A stretch of 64,000 nucleotides of DNA from Elusimicrobiota bacterium (GTDB lineage: Bacteria; Elusimicrobiota; Elusimicrobia; UBA1565; UBA9628). Numbering within the stretch: the first letter of the stretch is position 1; every line of letters starts with the position of its first letter. The stretch spans positions 1,493 through 65,492 of the forward strand of contig DAIDHI010000044.1 in assembly GCA_027452025.1 (NCBI GenBank), given 5' to 3'. Made by a program: the position numbers and the translations under genes. Positions 53,680-62,105 of this stretch are shown piece after piece. Below the pieces are notes generated by a model. The model made no database searches, was not told the origin of the DNA, and saw nothing but the letters and a program-made list of their open reading frames with translations.

Positions 53680-56391
53680 GTGATCGCGGCGGCGCTGTTT
53701 CTTTGGCTGGCGCGCCCGGCCGCCGCCGCCACGGGCCGCCTGGCCGTCATCGAGGACAGCCCCTTCCGCCTCTCCGTGACCCTCGACGATCCTCTCCAGC
53801 AGCTCATCAAGCTTTCGTCGCAGACGGCGTCCCTGCTCGACGTACAGGTCATCCCCGGCTATTACGCGGGCTCCGACTACCGCTTCGCCGTCGAGCAGGA
53901 AGAGCCGGTCGAGACGCGGACGATCCAGGCCGCGGTCCTGGAGTCGCCCTCCCAAGCCGCCTTGGTGTATCCGGCCATCCCTTCGCTGGTGGACGGCCTC
54001 AAGCGGCTGGCGGAGACGCCCGATTCCTTCAAGGAAAATTGGACGGTGCGTCTGTCGTCGCGCGCCGTGACGCTGTCCCAGGTCGCCGGGCCCGACGGCG
54101 AGGCGATCCTCTCGGCCCTGCTCAATCCCGACGAGGAAGCGGCGTTTTGGCAAAACACCGCCGGCGTGCTTTATCGCCTGCGCTGGCAGGGCCAGGACGC
54201 GCAGGTGCTCATCATCGGCAAGGTGTTCGGCGGCCTCGACCGGCTGGCCGGCGTGCTCGAGAATCAGCCCAAAGGGGTGCTCGGAGTCTCCCGCGGCGGG
54301 ATCATGTTCAGCCTGATCCCGGAGCTTTCGGGCCGCAACCTCCCCAAGACCCTGGCGCGCCTCGGCCTCAAGTATTCGGCGGTCTCGAACTCGGAAATGC
54401 GCCATTGGAGCGACGTGCTGGCCTACCAGACCGAGCACCCGGACGGCGTGCGGTTCTTGTCGGCGAACCTGGTCTATTCGACGGCGCCCGCGCAGTCGCT
54501 GCTGCCCGGCTACGCGCTGACGCGCGCCGGCGCCCTGAGCGTGGCGCTCGTCGGGCTGACGCCGCCGGGCGCCTCGAAATACCTGGGGGAAGCGGGGCTT
54601 TCCCGAGCCAAGATCGACGACCCCGCGCAGACCCTCGCCGCTCTCGTGCCGCGCCTGCGCGCGAAAGTCGACGCCGTCGTCGTCCTGGCCGAAGTCGACG
54701 ACGACCTCGAGCGCCGCCTGCGCAAGATTCCCGGAGTCGACTTGGTCATCGGCAGGACCGTGAACCTGCCGCCGGGCGTGCCGGGAGCCGTCCGGACGCT
54801 GTCCCAAAACGACCGCCCGGCCTACTCGCCCCCGCTGGACATCGCCTCCGTCTACGCCGGGGACTTCAACGGCTTCGAGCTCGACGTCTCCACCGGCGTC
54901 TCCGGGCGCGACTGGACGCTGCGCCAAAACGCCGTCCTGCTCGACGACTCCGTGCCGCAGCCCCACCGCTACCCCGGCTTCGACCCGGCCGCCTACGGGA
55001 TCACCCTCGCCTCGGGCACCGTGCTCATCCCCGCGGCGCGGCAGGCCTTTCCTCAATCCAGCGACCTGGCCCCGGTCTACACGGCGCGGGATTTCTGGAC
55101 GATGGCGGCCAGCCTCCTGGCCCGCCGCACGCATTCCGAGGCGGCGCTGCTGCGCGTGTCCCCGCTGCCTATCGAGCTCGCCGGGCAAATCAAGGAAAGC
55201 GTGGCGCGCGTCTGGCTAGAGAGCGAGGAGCCCGCGATGATCGTCTGGCTCAAAGGCTCCGACCTCAAGCCCTTGCTCGCCGAGGTCAAGGCCCAGCAGA
55301 ACGCGGCGCCGGGCCGCGTGTCCCAGTATCCGGCCATGACGGCCGGCGGCATACAGTCCGGCGAGAAGATCCACGGCGCGCCGATCCAGGACAATGAAGT
55401 CTACCGCGTCGCCACTTCCCAGGTGCTGGCCGACGCCCTCGGCCTCACTGCGGACCACCGGCACAAGTTCCTGAAGAAGACCATCGACCAATTGGTGCTC
55501 CAGGCTCTGCGGCGCCAAGCGGGCTCTCCGGCGCCCGACTACGGCCGCTGGGCGCGGGGCCGTCCGGTCGGAAACCCCGGCCTCTGGCGCGTCAATTTCC
55601 GCGACGTGGGGCTCAACATCCAGAACACCGACGTCGTCGCCAGCGACGCCTTCAACAACGTCCCCAATCCCCAGGTGCAGGCGTTCTCGCAGTTTTTGAT
55701 CGGCGGCGACTTCAAGGCCGACGCCGACTACATCCAGGATCCGCTCAAGTGGTCGAACACCCTGGAGATGGAATATGCGCGGGCGCAGGTCCGTCCGCGC
55801 GACATGCCCGAAGTGACCAACCTGGCCGCCAACCGCATCAGCCTCCTGACCATGGGCACCAAGCGCGCCGGCAGCGTCTCCGGGGAGCCCTGGCTGGCCG
55901 GCTCCTGGGGGCCGTCGCTGGGCCTGCAATACGACAGCCAGTTCGAGGCCAACCCGGGCCTGCCCCGGCAAAATCTCGTCAGCGCCTTCCCCGGCGTGCA
56001 GCTCTACGACGGCAGCTGGATCCAGTCCGTGGAATTCACCGGGGCCGTCCTGCGCGACCAGTCGCGCACTCCGCCCAATACCCAGTACGGCTTTCACACG
56101 CGCTGGATTCTCACCCACACGATCTCCTCGCCGGCGCCGATCACCTTCAACGGCGAGTTCTTCGCCAACTACTATTTCCTGACCCACGACGACACCAACC
56201 AGGATTTGCGCTTCGAGTCCGACGCCAACCTCAAGCTGCAGTTCCCGATCCGCAAGTATCTGAGCGTGGCGCCCTTCATCGAGCTTTACGTCTTCGCTCT
56301 CAAGGTCCAGCCGGTCTGGGGCTACAGCGCGATGACGGGAATCAGCATCGACTTCTCGCGCCTTTGGAAGCCGCAGTATGAAGCCTTCTGA
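53680..56391 (+). CDS. Large secreted protein with an OMP-like C-terminus (ends ...PQYEAF)
   Basis: Signal peptide, 903 aa. The C-terminal ~350 aa are rich in alternating aromatic/hydrophobic beta-strand patterns and the terminal residue is Phe. Confidence 0.55.
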   Translation: MIAAALFLWLARPAAAATGRLAVIEDSPFRLSVTLDDPLQQLIKLSSQTASLLDVQVIPGYYAGSDYRFAVEQEEPVETRTIQAAVLESPSQAALVYPAIPSLVDGLKRLAETPDSFKENWTVRLSSRAVTLSQVAGPDGEAILSALLNPDEEAAFWQNTAGVLYRLRWQGQDAQVLIIGKVFGGLDRLAGVLENQPKGVLGVSRGGIMFSLIPELSGRNLPKTLARLGLKYSAVSNSEMRHWSDVLAYQTEHPDGVRFLSANLVYSTAPAQSLLPGYALTRAGALSVALVGLTPPGASKYLGEAGLSRAKIDDPAQTLAALVPRLRAKVDAVVVLAEVDDDLERRLRKIPGVDLVIGRTVNLPPGVPGAVRTLSQNDRPAYSPPLDIASVYAGDFNGFELDVSTGVSGRDWTLRQNAVLLDDSVPQPHRYPGFDPAAYGITLASGTVLIPAARQAFPQSSDLAPVYTARDFWTMAASLLARRTHSEAALLRVSPLPIELAGQIKESVARVWLESEEPAMIVWLKGSDLKPLLAEVKAQQNAAPGRVSQYPAMTAGGIQSGEKIHGAPIQDNEVYRVATSQVLADALGLTADHRHKFLKKTIDQLVLQALRRQAGSPAPDYGRWARGRPVGNPGLWRVNFRDVGLNIQNTDVVASDAFNNVPNPQVQAFSQFLIGGDFKADADYIQDPLKWSNTLEMEYARAQVRPRDMPEVTNLAANRISLLTMGTKRAGSVSGEPWLAGSWGPSLGLQYDSQFEANPGLPRQNLVSAFPGVQLYDGSWIQSVEFTGAVLRDQSRTPPNTQYGFHTRWILTHTISSPAPITFNGEFFANYYFLTHDDTNQDLRFESDANLKLQFPIRKYLSVAPFIELYVFALKVQPVWGYSAMTGISIDFSRLWKPQYEAF

Positions 56392-56392
56392 G

Positions 56393-57299
56393 GGTGTCAG
56401 ACGTTGACTTGTTGACTTGTTTGGGCCGCGCGACACGCCGCCGATCGCGATATGCCTAGGAAGCGCGCTGTCTGCGCCAGTCCGATGCCCGCGTCACAGC
56501 AGCGCCGGACCAAGCGCTTGCGAACCAAGGAAATTTGGCGTTCCCGCCGACGGCGATCGCGAAGTTCTTCGGCGGCGATTTGCGCCTCGGCACACAACTC
56601 CAGGGCCCATCTTTCAATCTGACCTTCGCCGGGAACTTCTTCTTGTTCCCGCAATGTGATCGGCTCCATGTCCGCGCGAATTGTCGGTGTCGCCGGCAAG
56701 GATGCCGCGGAAACGAGATCCCGATACGTCAAGAGAGACCCCTCGAACAATCCCAAAACCAAATCCCTATCGACGAGGCCACGCCTCGCCGACTCGATTA
56801 TCTCTTGATGTCCAGACCACTCCCACTCGTCAGGATTGGAACACAAGCCGGCCTTCACGGGATTGCGACTGATATAGTGGATCAACTCAAATAGATAACG
56901 CGCGGACTGACAAGGCAGCGCCTTATAGCGGCTTTGGAATAGGTGTCCCTTACTGCCGCTGCGACGATTGAAGTAACAGGCGTAGCTCGTCAAGACGCGC
57001 TGGACGACGGTTGATAACGGCACCTGTCCCGCTTGGACCAGGAGATGAAAGTGATTTGGCATGAGGGAATAGGTGAAGAGGCGAAAGCCGCACCTGTCCT
57101 TCGCCCGCTTGAGAATATCCAGGAATCTAATCCAATCCTGGTCGACAAGAAAGATTTCTTTGCCGCCGTTACCTCTGGAAATAACATGGGAAATGAGTCC
57201 TGGTTCGAAATGTCGTGACGGGCGCCCCATGTTGAGAATACGGATTGGGCGCGAAAAAGTTCCCGTTTTCGGCAAGTCAACAAATCAACGTCTGACACC
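56393..57299. mobile_element. RayT/REP-associated tyrosine transposase element bounded by 26-27 bp imperfect inverted repeats
   Basis: IR-L gtgtcagacgttgacttgttgacttg (56394-56419) versus the reverse complement of IR-R gtgtcagacgttgatttgttgacttg (57273-57298), one mismatch. Interior GC is lower than the flanks. Inserted between the convergent OMP gene and thpR. Confidence 0.8.
56397..57230 (-). CDS. REP-associated tyrosine transposase (RayT / IS200-like Y1 HUH) with a C-terminal HTH-like extension
   Basis: HUH motif MPNHFHLLV, catalytic Tyr region SRYKAL, IS200-like start LISHVISRGN. ATG at 57230; the track's TTG start at 57275 lies inside IR-R. Confidence 0.8.
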   Translation of the reverse strand: MGRPSRHFEPGLISHVISRGNGGKEIFLVDQDWIRFLDILKRAKDRCGFRLFTYSLMPNHFHLLVQAGQVPLSTVVQRVLTSYACYFNRRSGSKGHLFQSRYKALPCQSARYLFELIHYISRNPVKAGLCSNPDEWEWSGHQEIIESARRGLVDRDLVLGLFEGSLLTYRDLVSAASLPATPTIRADMEPITLREQEEVPGEGQIERWALELCAEAQIAAEELRDRRRRERQISLVRKRLVRRCCDAGIGLAQTARFLGISRSAACRAAQTSQQVNV

Positions 57300-57819
57300 G
57301 AAGATGTTCATAGATCGGCCCTTTAGGGGAAAGGCGGCTGCGGACGAGGGCGATCGCCTCCACGCGACACGAGATGCGGCCGACCGGGATCGACTCGAGC
57401 GCTTGGCGCAGCCGACCGAGGTTCCGGTCCGAGCGCAGGCGTCCGAGAGTCAGGTGCGCCTGAAACGGCCGCTGCCCCGGCGCGAACGCGGCGCGAAGCG
57501 GCCGCGCCAGGCGTTCCAACTCACGGGCGCCCTGCTCCGCGCCCAGCCACAGCACCTTGGGATGCTCCAGGGAGCTGAACGCGCCGAGCCGGTCGAAAGC
57601 GGCCGTGAACGCGCCCTGGCCGGCGGCGGCTTCCTTTAACATCCGGGTCAACTCGGGCAGACGGCTCTGCGGCGTCTCGCCGAGGAAGGCCAGCGTCAGG
57701 TGCAGGTTGTCAGGCTCGACCCACTTGCAGTCGGGCCCCGTGGCGGCGAGCTTTTCGACGAGCGCGGCGACGGCGCGCCGGGCGTCCTCGGGAAGCATCG
57801 CGGCGAAAAACAGGCGCAT
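57277..57819 (-). CDS. thpR: RNA 2',3'-cyclic phosphodiesterase (2H phosphoesterase, LigT/ThpR); last 7 codons lie in the element's inverted repeat
   Basis: Two H-x-T/S-x motifs (HLTLAFLG; HLTLGRL). C-terminus ...GPIYEHL-RCQTLIC with the RCQTLIC codons and stop inside IR-R. Confidence 0.8.
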   Translation of the reverse strand: MRLFFAAMLPEDARRAVAALVEKLAATGPDCKWVEPDNLHLTLAFLGETPQSRLPELTRMLKEAAAGQGAFTAAFDRLGAFSSLEHPKVLWLGAEQGARELERLARPLRAAFAPGQRPFQAHLTLGRLRSDRNLGRLRQALESIPVGRISCRVEAIALVRSRLSPKGPIYEHLRCQTLIC

Positions 57820-57825
57820 GTTGTC

Positions 57826-57831
57826 TATAAT
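57826..57831 (+). promoter_or_regulatory. TATAAT -10 box in the 21-bp divergent spacer between thpR and dtd
   Basis: gtctTATAATacagcttcgATG; the reverse strand reads TATTATAGA. Both genes would have near-leaderless transcripts. Confidence 0.4.
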
Positions 57832-57840
57832 ACAGCTTCG

Positions 57841-58287
57841 ATGAGAGCCCTGGTCCAGCGCGTGGAGCGGGCCGCGGTGCGCCTGCCGGGCGGCGAGGAG
57901 CGGCGCACGGGCGCCGGGCTGCTGGTCCTGCTCGGCGTCGGACAAGGCGACGCCGAGGCCGCGGCCCTCAAGCTCGCCGAGAAGGTTGCCCGCCTGCGCA
58001 TCTTCGCCAACGAACAGGGCAAGTTCGACCGCTGCCTGCTCGACGTCCGGGGCGAGGCCCTGGTCGTCTCCCAGTTCACGCTCTATGGCGACGCCCGGGG
58101 CGGCCGCCGGCCGGACTTCACCGGCGCCGCCGCCCCCGCCCTGGCCAAGCCTCTCTATGAGCGCTTCTGCGCGGCCCTCGAGGCCCTCGGAGTGACCGTG
58201 CGCACGGGAGAGTTCGGCGCCCACATGGCCGTGGAATCGGTCAACGACGGGCCGGTCACCCTCTGGCTCGACACGGCGGCGCTCTAG
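57841..58287 (+). CDS. dtd: D-aminoacyl-tRNA deacylase
   Basis: MRALVQRV... and SQFTLYGD motif. Confidence 0.9.
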   Translation: MRALVQRVERAAVRLPGGEERRTGAGLLVLLGVGQGDAEAAALKLAEKVARLRIFANEQGKFDRCLLDVRGEALVVSQFTLYGDARGGRRPDFTGAAAPALAKPLYERFCAALEALGVTVRTGEFGAHMAVESVNDGPVTLWLDTAAL

Positions 58288-58302
58288 GGCTATACTCTGG
58301 CC

Positions 58303-59037
58303 ATGCTCAAGGCCGCGGCGCTGCTCTGGATGGCTTGCCTGCCCGCGTCCGCGCAGTCCCCCGTCGCCGGACAATTCGACTATTACGTCCTGGACTTGAG
58401 CTGGGAGCCGGTCTTTTGCGCGGCGCACGCGGCCGTGCCGGAGTGCCGCTCCGAGACGCCCGACCGCTACGACGCCAGTCACCCCGTGCTCCACGGCCTG
58501 TGGCCGAGCCTCGACAACGATCCCGAGCACGCCTACGGCTATTGCGGCGTCGACGCGGCCGCGCGCGAGCCGGACAAGCCCCGCTCCTGGTGCTCGCTGC
58601 CCGCGCCCGACCTTTCCGACGCCACCCGCTCCCGCCTGGCCGCGCTGATGCCGGGCGCGCAATCCTGCCTGGAGCGCCACGAGTGGCTTCGCCACGGCAC
58701 CTGCTCCGGCCTGTCCGCCGACGATTATTTCAGCCTCGAGGAGTCTCTCGCCGCGCAGGCCGCGGCCACGAACCTCGGCCGCTATTTGGCCGACCATGCC
58801 GGGCAGACGGTCGCGCTCTCCGACCTCCAAGCGCTGGAGGCATCGGATTTCCCGCTCGCTTCCGGCGCCGTCGTCTTGCGTTGCGCCCCGGCCCGGGCGG
58901 CCGAGGCCCTTTCCGAGATCGTCTTCCGGCTCAAGGCCCCGCTGTGGCCCGGAGCCTCGCTCGCCTCCTCCTTGGCGCCGCCCCCCGTGGCGGAGGCCGA
59001 CCGCTGCCCTCCCTCCGTCCTGATCGTCAAGGAATAG
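58303..59037 (+). CDS. Secreted ribonuclease T2 family (RNase I-like)
   Basis: Signal peptide, CAS I HGLWP and CAS II ERHEWLRHGTC. Confidence 0.85.
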   Translation: MLKAAALLWMACLPASAQSPVAGQFDYYVLDLSWEPVFCAAHAAVPECRSETPDRYDASHPVLHGLWPSLDNDPEHAYGYCGVDAAAREPDKPRSWCSLPAPDLSDATRSRLAALMPGAQSCLERHEWLRHGTCSGLSADDYFSLEESLAAQAAATNLGRYLADHAGQTVALSDLQALEASDFPLASGAVVLRCAPARAAEALSEIVFRLKAPLWPGASLASSLAPPPVAEADRCPPSVLIVKE

Positions 59038-59158
59038 CCGTTCTCCCGTCGAAAATCGGGCATTGATCCAAATCAACCCCGTCCTTTGACACGTGTCATT
59101 CTGGCCGGCCGGCGCCGCGCGCTATCATGTCCTTGCCGCATAAAGAGGAAGACAAGCC

Positions 59159-59635
59159 ATGAAACGCCACTGGATTTTGCCGCTGCTCGGCCTGGCCGCC
59201 CTTTGGGCGACGGCCGCCGCCGCCGAGACCGTCTATGCCCCGTCTTTGCCGACCGTGCCGGTCGTTCCGATGATCGTGCACATCCCCAACCTGCCCAGCC
59301 GCATCGACATGATCATCCCCGGCCAGACGCCGACCCGCAATCTCCCCGGCCGCATCACGCAGGTCCCTGCGGCGCGCTTGCCGGCCGCCGCCATCCCGGG
59401 CCGCCCGGAGCGCGTGTCGCTGCCTCCGGCCGCCTTTAGGACCGTCCGGATGACCCTGGCCTCCCGCGCCAAGGCGCCGAGCGCTCACGCGCTCGACCGG
59501 GCGTTCGACAACTCCCGGAGCCAGGAGCCGGCGCTGTCCGAGGACGAGGCCGTCTACGTGCCCTCGCCCAAGGGCGATTCCTCCCACCTGACGCTGCCCG
59601 AGTCCGACCTCGAAAGCGAGATCGGGATCCGCTGA
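59159..59635 (+). CDS. Secreted Pro-rich hypothetical protein
   Basis: Signal peptide MKRHWILPLLGLAALWATAAAA. Confidence 0.5.
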   Translation: MKRHWILPLLGLAALWATAAAAETVYAPSLPTVPVVPMIVHIPNLPSRIDMIIPGQTPTRNLPGRITQVPAARLPAAAIPGRPERVSLPPAAFRTVRMTLASRAKAPSAHALDRAFDNSRSQEPALSEDEAVYVPSPKGDSSHLTLPESDLESEIGIR

Positions 59636-61120
59636 TCAAGAAGCCGCTGCGGGCTCCAAGGGCAGCGAGAAGCTGAAGCGCGAGCCGCGCCCGGGCTCGC
59701 TTTCGACGCAGATCTGGCTTTCGTGGGCCTCCACGATGCGCCTCGCCAGCGGCAGCCCGACGCCGAAGCCCTTGGCGGTCGCCTTGCCCTTCTCGGTGCG
59801 ATAGTAGCCGGAAAAAACCCGCTCCTGATCCTCGGGCTTGATGCCGATGCCCGAGTCCTCTATGGACAGCACGGCTCGCCCCGGCTGCGCCTCGTCGGGC
59901 CCGATGACGACGCGGATGCGGCCGCCTTCCGGAGTGTATTTGATGGCGTTGCTCAGGAGGTTGGTGATCGCCAACGACAGGGCGTCGGGATCGGCGCGCA
60001 CCCAAGTCGAGGCCGGCCCGCAGACGATGTCGACGGCGAGTTTCTTGCGGATGGCCAGGATCTCCAAGCGCTGGTAGCACTGGCGAGCCAGCTCCTCGAG
60101 CGCCACGCGCCGAGGGGTGATCGCGAATTTGCCCGATTCGAGGCGGCCCATGTTCAGGAGGTTATTTGCCGCCACGTGCAGGGCGCGGACGTTGGACTTC
60201 AGCACGGCGTAGAAATGAGCCCGCTTGTCGTCGCCGCCCGCCGCTTCCGTCTCCTCGAGAAGCAGCGACACGCCGTTGATGATGCTCAGCGCGTTGTTGA
60301 ACTCGTGGCTGACCAGGGAGACCAGCTGCGACTTGAACTGCGCCAGCTCCTGCTCCTTGGCGTATTGGCTGTTGAGCCGCCGAGACATCTCGGCCAGGCA
60401 CTTGTAGAGATTCTCGAGCTCCGGGCCCGAAGCAGGCGGGCGCAGCGACCAATCGGCGCCCAGCTGCCACTCGCTGGCGTAGCGTTCCAGCGCGTTGATC
60501 GGCTCGATGACGTACCAGGACACGAAAAGCGCCAGCAGGCAGCCGACAAGCAGCCCCGTCATCACCGTGAGGTCGAAGGTCAAGCGGGAAGCCCGGCGAG
60601 CCGCCCGGCGGCGCTGCTGCAGCTCCTGGACGCTTTGGTCGCGCATCCGCGCGATCGCCGCCAAGACGTGGTCGAAGCGCCGGGTCTGCCCCTCGACGTG
60701 CACGGCGTTGGCGACGGTGAGGCGTCCGGAGCTCTTGCGCCCGATCCACAGCTCCTGCTGGGCCAAGTAGCGTGAAAGGTCGCCGTCCATGGAGAGCCAA
60801 AGCGGATATTCCCGGTGCCCGGCCAGCAGCCGCGTCAGATCGCCCTCGAGGCGGCTGATGTCGGCGGCCACCCTCCGGCGCTCATGGAGCCAGGCGGGGT
60901 TGCCGGTCAGGAGATACTGGTCGGTCAGCAGCTCCAAATGCCGCAACTCGTCGTCTAGGCGCGGCAGCCGGGTCAGCACCGCCAGATCGTTTTGAAACGC
61001 CGTCTCGAGGTCGGACTGCGCCCGAGCCTGGATCCGGTAGGAGATCAGCACGGCCAGGGAATAGATCGTCAGGAAGACGACGACGAGGCTCAGTTGAGTG
61101 CGAAGGCGCAGCCGCCTCAC
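59636..61120 (-). CDS. Sensor histidine kinase (two TM helices, periplasmic sensor, HisKA plus HATPase_c); no adjacent response regulator
   Basis: H-box LVSLVSHEFNN, N-box NLLSNAIKYT, G-boxes. The GTG start at 61120 overlaps the upstream gene's TGA (GTGA). The ORF-track N-terminal extension is not used. Confidence 0.85.
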   Translation of the reverse strand: MRRLRLRTQLSLVVVFLTIYSLAVLISYRIQARAQSDLETAFQNDLAVLTRLPRLDDELRHLELLTDQYLLTGNPAWLHERRRVAADISRLEGDLTRLLAGHREYPLWLSMDGDLSRYLAQQELWIGRKSSGRLTVANAVHVEGQTRRFDHVLAAIARMRDQSVQELQQRRRAARRASRLTFDLTVMTGLLVGCLLALFVSWYVIEPINALERYASEWQLGADWSLRPPASGPELENLYKCLAEMSRRLNSQYAKEQELAQFKSQLVSLVSHEFNNALSIINGVSLLLEETEAAGGDDKRAHFYAVLKSNVRALHVAANNLLNMGRLESGKFAITPRRVALEELARQCYQRLEILAIRKKLAVDIVCGPASTWVRADPDALSLAITNLLSNAIKYTPEGGRIRVVIGPDEAQPGRAVLSIEDSGIGIKPEDQERVFSGYYRTEKGKATAKGFGVGLPLARRIVEAHESQICVESEPGRGSRFSFSLPLEPAAAS

Positions 61121-61959
61121 GGGGCGCCCCGCTGCGCTCCCAGCAGGGCGCGCACGCCGCCCGCCGCCGCGGCCAGCCGCGGGTCGCGCCCGGCGCGTCC
61201 CCGGACGAGGGCGTCGATGCGCGCGGACAAAGCGCGAGCGTCCTCGATGCGTCCCTCGGAGACCAGGACGGAGGCCAGGTCGCAAAGCACCAGCCCCGCG
61301 GCCGGCGAGGAGGCGCCCGACCTGCGCTCGTCCACGGCGAGGACCCGGCGATAGAGCGCCTCGGCCTGCGGAAAGCGCCCCTGCGCGTGATAGAACTGCG
61401 CGGCCGCCTCGAGAGTCTCGGCGAGCCTCGGGCTGTCGGGCGGAAGGCTCTTGTCGAGAAGGGCCAGGGCCATCGAGTAGTAGACACCGGCCTCGGCCGT
61501 CTTGTTCTCGGCGCTGAGCACCCCCGCCAGGTTGAACGCCGCCGCCGCCCGATCCTCGGGGGAGCCTCCCGATCTCTTGAGCCAGCGCAGCGCGGCGCGG
61601 TAATCGGCCTCCGCCTCGGCGGGACGCCCCTCGAGGAGCGACACGCCGGCGAGGCTGTTGAGGCTCAAGGCGGCGCCTTTGCCGGAGGCGGGAGGCTTGC
61701 GCGCGGCCGCCAGGGCGGCGGCGTAATGCTCCTTGGCCTGAGCATAGCGGCCGGCGTGGAAGCCCCGGTCGCCGCGCGCCAACTCTCCCCGCCAGCCCGG
61801 CAAGGACGCGCAGGCGGACAAGCCGGCCAGCGCGAGCAGCGCCGCCAGCCGGCCTGCTAGCGCCGGAACCGGACGGGGTTGAACGTCGGCCCCTTGTAGA
61901 GCAGGTAGCCGGCGATGGCCAAAGAGATCAGGCCGGAGACAAAGAGGCACAGGGCGCAC
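61117..61959 (-). CDS. TPR-repeat lipoprotein, translationally coupled to the histidine kinase (5' boundary uncertain)
   Basis: Lipobox LAGLSACAS is encoded at about 61.79-61.81 kb, so the true start is probably a non-ATG codon near 61.85 kb rather than the ATG at 61959. Repeated TPR-like Ala-rich helices follow. Confidence 0.55.
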   Translation of the reverse strand: MRPVPLCLRPDLFGHRRLPALQGADVQPRPVPALAGRLAALLALAGLSACASLPGWRGELARGDRGFHAGRYAQAKEHYAAALAAARKPPASGKGAALSLNSLAGVSLLEGRPAEAEADYRAALRWLKRSGGSPEDRAAAAFNLAGVLSAENKTAEAGVYYSMALALLDKSLPPDSPRLAETLEAAAQFYHAQGRFPQAEALYRRVLAVDERRSGASSPAAGLVLCDLASVLVSEGRIEDARALSARIDALVRGRAGRDPRLAAAAGGVRALLGAQRGAP

Positions 61960-62042
61960 GCGTTTCCGACGGCGGAACTTCCGGAGCCCAAGCCTTGGGC
62001 GGTGGAGCCTACGAGCATCATCAGATTCATCTACGAGTCCTC
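61857..62042 (-). CDS. Candidate small membrane protein (61 aa)
   Basis: MNLMMLVGSTAQGLGSGSSAVGNACALCLFVSGLISLAIAGYLLYKGPTFNPVRFRR, with a GAGGA SD 7 nt upstream. Overlaps the maximal TPR ORF out of frame. Confidence 0.35.
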
Positions 62043-62105
62043 GACTGATTTCGGATCGAGCCGCCGCGCGGCTCTTTGAAAGAATACCGCCGCGGCGTTT
62101 CGGAA

